From contig JABWBC010000001.1 of assembly GCA_013360695.1 (NCBI GenBank), positions 7,684-71,683 of the forward strand: a stretch of 64,000 nucleotides of DNA. Reading direction: 5' to 3'. The notes under the pieces are model-generated. The model searched no databases. It was not told the DNA's origin and saw only the letters and a list, made by a program, of their open reading frames with translations. The position numbers were made by a program, and so were the translations under genes. The stretch comes from Phycisphaerales bacterium. Its GTDB lineage: Bacteria; Planctomycetota; Phycisphaerae; Phycisphaerales; UBA1924. Position 1 is the first letter of the stretch, and the number at the start of each line of letters is the position of its first letter. Below, piece after piece: positions 20,317-28,083 of the stretch.

Positions 20317-21729
20317 ATGCAGACGAAAGCCGACTTCCTTGCCGACATGCACGCCCGAGGCCTGGTCCAACAGACCACCGGCGACGAGGCCCTGACGCAT
20401 CACCTCTTGAGCGGCACGCGGCGGGCGTATGTCGGCTTTGACCCGACCGCACCGAGCCTGACCATCGGCAACCTCGTCGGGATCATGGCGCTGGTTCGCT
20501 TCGCCCGGGCGGGGCACCAGGCGATCGTGGTCGTGGGCGGCGCGACGGGCCTGATCGGCGATCCCTCGGGCAAGAGCAAAGAGCGCGAGCTCAACACGCC
20601 GGAGACGGTCCGGGCCAACGTCGAGGGGCAGCGCCGGATCTATGAGGCGATCTGGGCCAACGCGGGCCTTGGCCGCCCCGAGATCCGGAACAACTACGAC
20701 TGGTTCAAGGACATCTCGTTCCTCGACGCGCTCCGCGACATCGGCAAGCACTTCTCGGTCAACATGATGATCCAGAAGGAATCGGTGAAGGAGCGTCTGC
20801 ACAACCGCGACCAGGGCATCAGCTACACCGAGTTCAGCTACATGCTCCTGCAGGCCTACGACTTCAAGCACCTGTGGGAAAAGGAAAACGTCACGATCCA
20901 GATGGGCGGCTCGGACCAGTTCGGCAACATCGTGTGCGGCATCGACCTGATCCGGCGCAGCGACGAGGCCTTCCGCGCGTCGGTCGAGCTGGAAGATTCG
21001 CTCGTCTCGCGGTACCTCAAGTTCGAGGACAAGAACTCCGCCGAGGCCCGCGAGATCGACGCGAAGATCAAGGCCAACGAGAAGTCACGGTTGGAGCGAT
21101 CATCGCACGGCCTGACCTGGCCGCTGGTCACCAAGGCCGACGGTGGGAAATTCGGCAAGACCGAGAGCGGCGCGATCTGGCTGACGGCGGATCGCACAAG
21201 CCCGTACGCGTACTACCAGTTCTGGCTGAACGCTGCGGACGCGGACGTGATCCGTTTCCTCAAGACCTTCACGCTGCTGGAAATGCCCGAGATCGAGACG
21301 CTGGAAGCCTCGATGAAGGCCAACCCTGGCGCCCGCGAGGCGCAGCGGAAGCTGGCGCAGGAGGCGACGGCGCTGCTGCACGGGCGAGAGGCCATGGAGC
21401 ACGCGGAGAACGCGGGCAAGGCGCTCTTCAGCGGCGACATCGCCCAGCTGCCCGAGGCGCTGCTCACCGAGGTCTTCGCCAGCGCGCCGACAAGCTCGCA
21501 CGCCAAGGACACGCTGAGCGCAGGCGTCGGGGTGCTCGACCTTCTGGTTGAAACGGGGCTGGCCCAGTCGAAGCGAGAAGCCCGCGAGTTCCTCACGTCG
21601 GGCTCGGTCGCGGTGAACGGCCGCAAGGTCGGCGTGGACGACAAGCTCCAGACGAGCGACCTGCTCCACGGCAAGGTGATCGCGATCCGTCGCGGCAAGA
21701 AGAACTGGCACGTCACGAACTGGGCGTGA
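20317..21729 (+). CDS. tyrS: Tyrosyl-tRNA synthetase (atypical HIGH region, ~43-aa insertion)
   Basis: GFDPTAPSL, VVVGGATGLIGDPSGKS, YMLLQAYDF, QMGGSDQFGNI, KFGKT (the KMSKS equivalent) and a C-terminal S4-like domain ending RRGKKNWHVTNW. See findings for the anomalies. Confidence 0.9.
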   Translation: MQTKADFLADMHARGLVQQTTGDEALTHHLLSGTRRAYVGFDPTAPSLTIGNLVGIMALVRFARAGHQAIVVVGGATGLIGDPSGKSKERELNTPETVRANVEGQRRIYEAIWANAGLGRPEIRNNYDWFKDISFLDALRDIGKHFSVNMMIQKESVKERLHNRDQGISYTEFSYMLLQAYDFKHLWEKENVTIQMGGSDQFGNIVCGIDLIRRSDEAFRASVELEDSLVSRYLKFEDKNSAEAREIDAKIKANEKSRLERSSHGLTWPLVTKADGGKFGKTESGAIWLTADRTSPYAYYQFWLNAADADVIRFLKTFTLLEMPEIETLEASMKANPGAREAQRKLAQEATALLHGREAMEHAENAGKALFSGDIAQLPEALLTEVFASAPTSSHAKDTLSAGVGVLDLLVETGLAQSKREAREFLTSGSVAVNGRKVGVDDKLQTSDLLHGKVIAIRRGKKNWHVTNWA

Positions 21730-22441
21730 TGGCGCGTCCTCGCGGACGCCACTGCGTACCAAGTAGTGCGATCGCAACGCTGGTCCAGATCACACCGCGC
21801 CACGCGGCGTCGCGCGAAACGAGTGGTTGGTGGCCGCCCGGTAGCCAGCCATCGAGGTCTGTGTAGTCGGATACTCCGGGGATGACCAGGCCACGTGCGG
21901 CCCAGAAGAAGAAAACGGCAAGGAGCCCCGCAGTCACCGCTAGTGAGCAGACCATTGACCGCCGCCAATCTGGTGAGCGTGGAGAGATCCAGAGCCTAGC
22001 CACGAGGCCGATCTGCGCGAGCATCATGGGAAGTACTGGAGTGTACACCCAGAGCGGAATACCGCGTGTTGGAACCCCAACCGGACGGGTAGCCAGATCG
22101 ATGAGCTCCACCGTGGCGAGCGCGAAAACCATCACCGTTGCGGCAGGCCATGCGCTGAGGCGATGCCGACGGATATCGGGCCAATGGGCACTCGCGCCGA
22201 CGGACATCATCAGCCAGACGGACAGCAAAAGAATTTCCGCGTCTCGGAGCCCCGAGCCGAGAGACACTCCAGCCAGAACACCCAGGAATAGGCACGCTGT
22301 AAGAAGGGACAACGCCGCGATCTTGAGCGCTGGGCTGACTCGCCGCCGCCTCGCCTCCTCGTACGACAGCCCGCACTCCGGGCACACATTGCCCGGCAGA
22401 CCTTTGGTGGAGTATCCGCATGTGGGACAAGACGTTTCCAC
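21713..22441 (-). CDS. Membrane protein with an N-terminal CxxC-x11-CxxC zinc ribbon (~6 TM)
   Basis: Trimmed from ORF 21713..23305 to GTG 22441 (VETSCPTCGYSTKGLPGNVCPECGLSYEEARRRR), followed by about six hydrophobic helices. It lies 80 nt downstream of the ABC ATPase. The start codon is uncertain. Confidence 0.55.
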   Translation of the reverse strand: METSCPTCGYSTKGLPGNVCPECGLSYEEARRRRVSPALKIAALSLLTACLFLGVLAGVSLGSGLRDAEILLLSVWLMMSVGASAHWPDIRRHRLSAWPAATVMVFALATVELIDLATRPVGVPTRGIPLWVYTPVLPMMLAQIGLVARLWISPRSPDWRRSMVCSLAVTAGLLAVFFFWAARGLVIPGVSDYTDLDGWLPGGHQPLVSRDAAWRGVIWTSVAIALLGTQWRPRGRAITPSS

Positions 22442-22521
22442 GATCTTTCGCCTACCCAACCGGCAACAAGCGTGGGGAACCGCCGATCGCGTCAACGAAG
22501 GCGACGCGTTGCGGGCAGAGA

Positions 22522-23490
22522 CTATTGCACCAGTCCCTTCGTGAGGCGCATGAACGCGGTTTCCAGGTTCACGGGCTCTTCGGTGAACTTGCTGATGCGG
22601 AAGCCGTGGTTCACGAGAACGTTTGGGATGTCCGACGCGCTTCGGCCCGCGGTTTCGTCGAAGGTGACGTGGATCAAGGGGAGCGTGACGCCCTTGTTCG
22701 CCGCGCCGTCGGTCTCGGCCATCGCGACTTTCTTCACGCCCGGCACGCGTGCGAGCAACTGGGCCGCGTCGGCGACGCGCTCGGTGACGCCGACGTGGAG
22801 GACGTGCCCGAGCTTGGCGCGCTTGACGATCTCGTCGACGCCGCCGTTGAACAGGAGCTGGCCGCGCTCGATCACCCCCACCACGTTGCACAGTTCCGCC
22901 AGCTCGGGCAGGATGTGCGACGAGATGAGGATCGTCTTGCCCATGCGGCTCAGTTCCTTGAGCAGCTCGCGCATCTCGATGCGGGCGCGCGGGTCGAGGC
23001 CCGATGCGGGCTCGTCCATGAGCAGCACCTTGGGGTCGTGGAGCAGGACACGCGCGACGCTGAGGCGCTGGCGCATGCCGCGCGAGAGCGAGTTCACTTC
23101 CGCGGTCGCCTTGTCGGTGAGGTCGGTGAGGTCGAGCACGTCCCCGACGACTTTGCGGCGTTGCATGCCGTGGATGTTGTAGGCGGCGGCGAAGAACTCG
23201 AGGTACTCGGTCACGACCATGTCCTCGTACTGGCCGAGTTCGTCGGGGACATAGCCGATGAGGGGGCGGATCTCGCGGTTCTGATAGCCGACCGTGAGGC
23301 CGCAAACGTTGGCCTGGCCGCTGGAGGGCTTGAGGAGCGTGGCGAGGATCTTGATGGTGGTGGTTTTTCCGGCGCCGTTGGGCCCGATGAAGCCGAAGCA
23401 GTCACCCTCGTTGATGGTGAGGTTGAGGTTGTTGAGCGCGGTGAGTTCGCCGTAGCGCTTGGTCAGGTTGATGGTCTCGATGATCGGCAC
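22522..23490 (-). CDS. ABC transporter ATP-binding protein (ABC-2/DrrA-like, with C-terminal accessory domain)
   Basis: Walker A GPNGAGKTT, Q-loop, signature LSRGMRQR, Walker B LLMDEPASGLD, H-loop SSHIL, plus a ~95-aa C-terminal domain. Confidence 0.9.
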   Translation of the reverse strand: MPIIETINLTKRYGELTALNNLNLTINEGDCFGFIGPNGAGKTTTIKILATLLKPSSGQANVCGLTVGYQNREIRPLIGYVPDELGQYEDMVVTEYLEFFAAAYNIHGMQRRKVVGDVLDLTDLTDKATAEVNSLSRGMRQRLSVARVLLHDPKVLLMDEPASGLDPRARIEMRELLKELSRMGKTILISSHILPELAELCNVVGVIERGQLLFNGGVDEIVKRAKLGHVLHVGVTERVADAAQLLARVPGVKKVAMAETDGAANKGVTLPLIHVTFDETAGRSASDIPNVLVNHGFRISKFTEEPVNLETAFMRLTKGLVQ

Positions 23491-23554
23491 GCGAAGGCTC
23501 CGGAAGACTCACTCGAACAAACCCGTTGGACCCGGACAATTCAATCGGTCAGAT

Positions 23555-26071
23555 TCATCCGCCACGCTCGGTGGGAACGCCGGGCGGCACCGCCTCGTCG
23601 GTGGGCGGCGACAAGGACGGCGGATCGTCGGGCATTGGATAGATCCAGCGAACCAAGGTGCGGCCCTGCGTCGGCACGCGCTGGCCGTCGACAAAGATCG
23701 GCGTTGGAGTTTCCGCCGGCTCGTTGGTGGTTCCGATCGCGCCGATGACGATGACGCAAGGCTGCGTGAACCACTTGCCGAGGTCGAGGCCCTGGGCGCC
23801 GGCGCGGTTGGCGGCGGGGAACGAGGAGGTGTCACTCCGCTGGCGCTTGGGTGGGTCGAGCTGAGAGAACAGGCTGAGGGCGGTGAGGTGGTCGACAACC
23901 TGGCCGGGGTTGGATCGCGTCGCCCCCTGGATGGTCGACGTGGATTGTGAGCCGAGCAATCGTTCCATGAGCCTCGACGCAAGCGTTGACGGGTCCGTCG
24001 ATGCAGTCACGACCGACATGTCGAGCACCTGGCCAGACTGCCACGGGTTGGCGAGCTTGTAGGCCCGTGCGTCGCAGATCATGTTCGTCGTGAGCGGACG
24101 GGGCTCCGGGCCGTCGGCGGAAGAGCGGACGAGCGAAGCCTGACGCTGCACGACGATGATCACGGCGTCATTGAGCGGCCCGGGGAGTTCGTGCTTGAGC
24201 TTGCCGGTGAGCAGGGCCTTGATCGTTCGATCTGCGTTGAACTTGATGGCGGCGGAAGGCGAGGCATCGCCCGCGTCGTCGACGGGAACGGGCATCTTCC
24301 AGCGCGGGCCGCCGATCCAGTCGACCTGCCACTGCTTGACCGTGGACCGCGTGGGCACGCGGACGGCGTTGGGATTGCGAGCGTCGACCACATAAGGGCG
24401 CGAATCGGGGAACGCGCCGACACCGACCTTGGCGTCCTGGATGGACTCCCACGCCGCCGCGAGGTCGATGCCCTCGGCCTTACCTGGGCCGGAGCCATCG
24501 GGCGTTGGGGTTGTGACTTGCACGGTCGCCTGGCCGTACCACGGGATGAGGATGCTGACCCATGTCCGCGCACGTTGGAGCGGCTGGCCGAAGACGTGAT
24601 CGATGAACGAGAGGTGCTGTGCCTCGACCTTGCGCGGGCGGATCATGGTTGCCCCGCCCCAGGCGATGCCGGTGAAGGCAAGGGCCGCCAGGGCGTAGGC
24701 GAGCCAACTGTGCTGCACCTGGCTGCGGCGTTTCAGGATCGCATAGCCCAGGGGGCCGGCAATCAGCCAGTAGGCAACAAAGACGACGAAGCCCAGGAGC
24801 ACGCCCGCGGCGGCGGTTCGGGTCTTGGCGATCTCGCCGGGGATGTCGGTGGCGAAGTTCACCCCGGAACGAGACAGGAAGTTCTGAGCCCGGATCGCTT
24901 CGGCTTCCTGCGGCGAGGGAAGCTCGCCGCGCTGGCCCAGCACGCGGTTCCAGAAGACATCCGACAAGGGCAATTCCTGTTCGAGCAGCGTTCGGTGAGC
25001 GAGATCGAGCCCGACCACGGTCACCATGCCAAGGCCGACGAGGCGACGGGCGACGACGCACTCGGAATCAGGACCATCGAAGACTCGGATGGCCTCGCCG
25101 CGCGCCGCGTCGGGCATCGGGGTGAACTCGTGGACCACGGTCTCCTTGGGCAGACGAGCCTTGCGCGAATCGACGAGCAAAGGGCGGTATCGCTCCAAGT
25201 CGATGCCCTCTCGGCGGCGCACCGTGACGCGCGGCAGGAGTTCGTGGAGTTCGCTGGCGCTCGGGTTGGTCCAATTCTCGCCAACGGGCGGAAGCACGAT
25301 GACGAGGTGCCCGCCGCGATTGATCCAGTCCTTCAACGCGACGGCACGCTCGCCCCGGACCTCGCCGGGCTCGCCCACGCCCCACACAATCGATTCGAAG
25401 GGCGCGTAGCCCATCCATCGGTCGGGAAGCTCCGCCGGGGTCATGGCGACGTATTCCTGGAGCTCGTGGCCGAGAACGCGCCAACGCTCGCCCTGATTGC
25501 GAACCGCGTATCTCGTCAGGCTCATCGGGCGATTGCCGACCATCCCGAGCAGGCCGACGTCGGCGGGGGCAAAGCCCTTGGGCGTCACTCGGACCTGCCC
25601 GAGCAGCCGGCCCACGGGCGCGGTGGAGACCGCAATCGCTCCGGTTCGGTCGGTCGAGCCGGATTCGAGCGCCTCGTACGCCGAGATCACGATCACGTCG
25701 GTCGAATCAAACCAGTGCGGCACACGCCAATAGAGCCAGGCGCCCTGCCATTGGCCGGGGTTCGTGGTGACGTCACGCTGAAAGATCGGCTCGTCGCCGT
25801 CGGGGTCGACACGGGGTGAAAGTCGGAGCGCGACTTCGCGGGCTTTGGGGGCGCTGTCGTTGATGCGGATGCGCACGCCGGTCCAGTCGCCGGGGCGAAT
25901 CGTGCCACCGACGCCGAATCGCTCGACCTCGATCTGGATCTCGGTCGGGGTCTCGGACTGGGCGGCCGTGGCGTGCGACAGGAGCAGCGCGGCGACCACG
26001 GCCAGGCAGCGCACCAGAGGGGCCAGAAGGCGGTGAAATCGGAATGTGGTGTGAGTTCCCGGACTTCGCAC
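23555..26071 (-). CDS. Large exported/membrane protein (~838 aa), unknown function
   Basis: Trimmed from ORF 23555..26734 to GTG 26071 (VRSPGTHTTFRFHRLLAPLVRCLAVVAALLLSHATAAQ signal/anchor). A ~420-aa extracytoplasmic domain contains GGHLVIVLPP. Two central TM helices follow (AAAGVLLGFVVFVAYWLIAGPLGYAIL; WLAYALAALAFTGIAWGGATMI), then a ~370-aa second domain. The start codon is uncertain. Confidence 0.6.
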   Translation of the reverse strand: MRSPGTHTTFRFHRLLAPLVRCLAVVAALLLSHATAAQSETPTEIQIEVERFGVGGTIRPGDWTGVRIRINDSAPKAREVALRLSPRVDPDGDEPIFQRDVTTNPGQWQGAWLYWRVPHWFDSTDVIVISAYEALESGSTDRTGAIAVSTAPVGRLLGQVRVTPKGFAPADVGLLGMVGNRPMSLTRYAVRNQGERWRVLGHELQEYVAMTPAELPDRWMGYAPFESIVWGVGEPGEVRGERAVALKDWINRGGHLVIVLPPVGENWTNPSASELHELLPRVTVRRREGIDLERYRPLLVDSRKARLPKETVVHEFTPMPDAARGEAIRVFDGPDSECVVARRLVGLGMVTVVGLDLAHRTLLEQELPLSDVFWNRVLGQRGELPSPQEAEAIRAQNFLSRSGVNFATDIPGEIAKTRTAAAGVLLGFVVFVAYWLIAGPLGYAILKRRSQVQHSWLAYALAALAFTGIAWGGATMIRPRKVEAQHLSFIDHVFGQPLQRARTWVSILIPWYGQATVQVTTPTPDGSGPGKAEGIDLAAAWESIQDAKVGVGAFPDSRPYVVDARNPNAVRVPTRSTVKQWQVDWIGGPRWKMPVPVDDAGDASPSAAIKFNADRTIKALLTGKLKHELPGPLNDAVIIVVQRQASLVRSSADGPEPRPLTTNMICDARAYKLANPWQSGQVLDMSVVTASTDPSTLASRLMERLLGSQSTSTIQGATRSNPGQVVDHLTALSLFSQLDPPKRQRSDTSSFPAANRAGAQGLDLGKWFTQPCVIVIGAIGTTNEPAETPTPIFVDGQRVPTQGRTLVRWIYPMPDDPPSLSPPTDEAVPPGVPTERGG

Positions 26072-26125
26072 GTTGAGATTGTACTGAGAATGAAGGCGTC
26101 GGGTTTCACGGCCGATGGTGAATAG

Positions 26126-26392
26126 ATGCCGGCACCGTTTTCCGTTGAGGCGTGGCTGTTTCTGGGAGCCTTGATTGTGCTCGGGCCGCTGTGCGTGCTG
26201 TACACGCTGTCGGTGCATCAGACAAATAACCAGGCGGTCCACGACCTCAAACTTCGGGTTTCGCACCTCAAGTCCGAGTACGCCCGCCGGGTGCGCGAGG
26301 CCCGAGAGGCCGCCAACGCCCACATCGAGGAATCGGGCGAGGGCGATGTGGACGTCATCGAAGACGAGGCGAGCGATCGCAAGGCCGCCTGA
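26126..26392 (+). CDS. Possible small single-TM plus coiled-coil protein (88 aa)
   Basis: MPAPFSVEAWLFLGALIVLGPLCVLYTL, then a charged helix (HDLKLRVSHLKSEYARRVREAREAANAHIEE). Third positions are G/C-rich. It is divergent from the 838-aa gene (54 nt between starts). No homology support. Confidence 0.4.
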   Translation: MPAPFSVEAWLFLGALIVLGPLCVLYTLSVHQTNNQAVHDLKLRVSHLKSEYARRVREAREAANAHIEESGEGDVDVIEDEASDRKAA

Positions 26393-26462
26393 GCCCCGCG
26401 AGGCTCCGGCACTTGAACGATGCCATGCTCCGGCGTTCCCCGCCGCGCTACCGGTTGAACCA

Positions 26463-27914
26463 TCAGCCGCCGAGCAGCTCGCCAATGAACGCGGCATGGC
26501 TCTTCTTGCCGATCTCGAAGCACTCGAGTTCGAATTTCTCATTGGGCGAATGGACGCGATCGTCGTCGAGCCCGAAGCCCATGAAGATCGTGTCGATGCC
26601 GAGCTTGTCCTTGAGCATCCCCGCGACAGGAATGGACCCGCCGCTCTTGATGAGCGCGGGCGCCTTGCCCGTCGCCTTCTTGATCGCGCGGTTGGCTGCC
26701 TGCATCGCCTCGCTGTCGATCGGCGTAGTGACACCGAATCCGCCGTGGTGGTCGGTCAGCTCCCATCGGCAGCCGGGGGGCGTGCGGTCCTTGCACCACT
26801 TGAAGAACAACTTGGTGATCTTGCGTGGATCCTGGTTCGCCACAAGACGAAACGAGACCTTGGCCGACGCGTGCGCTGGAATGACGGTCTTGGCGCCCTT
26901 GCCCGTGTAGCCGCCCCAGATTCCGTTGATTTCGGCCGTTGGACGCCCCCACTCGCGCTCCATCGCGGTAAAGCCGGCTTCGCCAATGTCGGCGGCGGGC
27001 GGAAGGCCGATCTTCTTCAGGGCCGCCTTGCTGTTGAACTTGAGGGCCTTCCAGTTGGCGCGTTCCTGTTTGGTGAGCGGCACGACCGCGTCGTAGAAAC
27101 CGGGCAGGGTCACGCGCCGCTTCTTGTCGTGCAGCTGTGCGAGGACGCGGGAGAGCTCCGTGATTGGATTCGGGCAACGCCCGCCCCAAAGGCCCGAGTG
27201 CAGGTCCTGATTGCTGGCGTGGAGCGTAACTTCGGTGTAGGCCAGACCTCGCACACCGTACGTGATGGCCGGCTTGCCGCGCCCGAGCATGCCTGTATCG
27301 GAGATGAGGCATACGTCGCAATCCGCGAACTCGGCCCGGTTCTTCATCACGAACGGCTCAAGGCTGACCGAGCCTGATTCCTCTTCGCCCTCGAGGAGCA
27401 CGGTGAACTTCACGCCGCCGGCGGGCTTGCCGGTCGCGCTCTTCCACGCACGGAGGGCTTCGATGAACGTCAAGACCTGGCCCTTATCGTCGACGGCTCC
27501 GCGAGCGACGATGCGCTTGCCGCCGCCTTCGCCGGGTCGGGCGTCGCGTATCACGGGCTTGAATGGGTCGGACTCCCACAGGTTGAGCGGGTCCACGGGC
27601 TGCACGTCGTAGTGGCCGTAGAAAAGGACGTGCGGGCCCTTGTAGTCCCTGTCACCCTCGGACTTGGCAACGACGATCGGATGGCCGCCACCTTTGGACA
27701 GGTCGCCGGGAAACTTCGGGTCTCCGGCGGGGCGGACCTCGGCCTCCAGGCCGCACTCACGGAACTGGGCGGCGGCCCACTCAGCGGCGCTCCTGCAATG
27801 GTCGGCGTAGGTCGGGTCGGTCGAGATGCTGGGGATCGAGAGCCACTCCAAGAGACGCTGAACGGACGCGTCCGTGTTGGCGGCGAGCTGTTCCATGGCG
27901 GCGGAGGTGGACAT
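26463..27914 (-). CDS. M20 family metallopeptidase (dipeptidase/ArgE-DapE superfamily)
   Basis: LFYGHYDVQP, RGAVDDKGQ, LLEGEEESGS, and a C-terminal HSPNE. Confidence 0.85.
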   Translation of the reverse strand: MSTSAAMEQLAANTDASVQRLLEWLSIPSISTDPTYADHCRSAAEWAAAQFRECGLEAEVRPAGDPKFPGDLSKGGGHPIVVAKSEGDRDYKGPHVLFYGHYDVQPVDPLNLWESDPFKPVIRDARPGEGGGKRIVARGAVDDKGQVLTFIEALRAWKSATGKPAGGVKFTVLLEGEEESGSVSLEPFVMKNRAEFADCDVCLISDTGMLGRGKPAITYGVRGLAYTEVTLHASNQDLHSGLWGGRCPNPITELSRVLAQLHDKKRRVTLPGFYDAVVPLTKQERANWKALKFNSKAALKKIGLPPAADIGEAGFTAMEREWGRPTAEINGIWGGYTGKGAKTVIPAHASAKVSFRLVANQDPRKITKLFFKWCKDRTPPGCRWELTDHHGGFGVTTPIDSEAMQAANRAIKKATGKAPALIKSGGSIPVAGMLKDKLGIDTIFMGFGLDDDRVHSPNEKFELECFEIGKKSHAAFIGELLGG

Positions 27915-28011
27915 CGTGTTGCTCCTTCGGCAGGCCGCGTCAGGTGCGGCATCGGACGATAGCGCCCACGAGCCACGGGCGTTCTTCGGTCAACGGGAGA
28001 GCGGAATGAAC

Positions 28012-28049
28012 GGAGAGAAACAGGACCGCCCACGGTTTCCCGTGGGCGG
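28012..28049 (-). terminator. Probable terminator after gene 28084..30798
   Basis: CCGCCCACGG-TTTC-CCGTGGGCGG perfect 10-bp hairpin. On the minus strand it is followed by TCCTGTTTCTCTC, only moderately T-rich. Confidence 0.45.
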
Positions 28050-28083
28050 CGTGGAGTTTGGAGTCGTCAGGTCCGCGGCGGGC

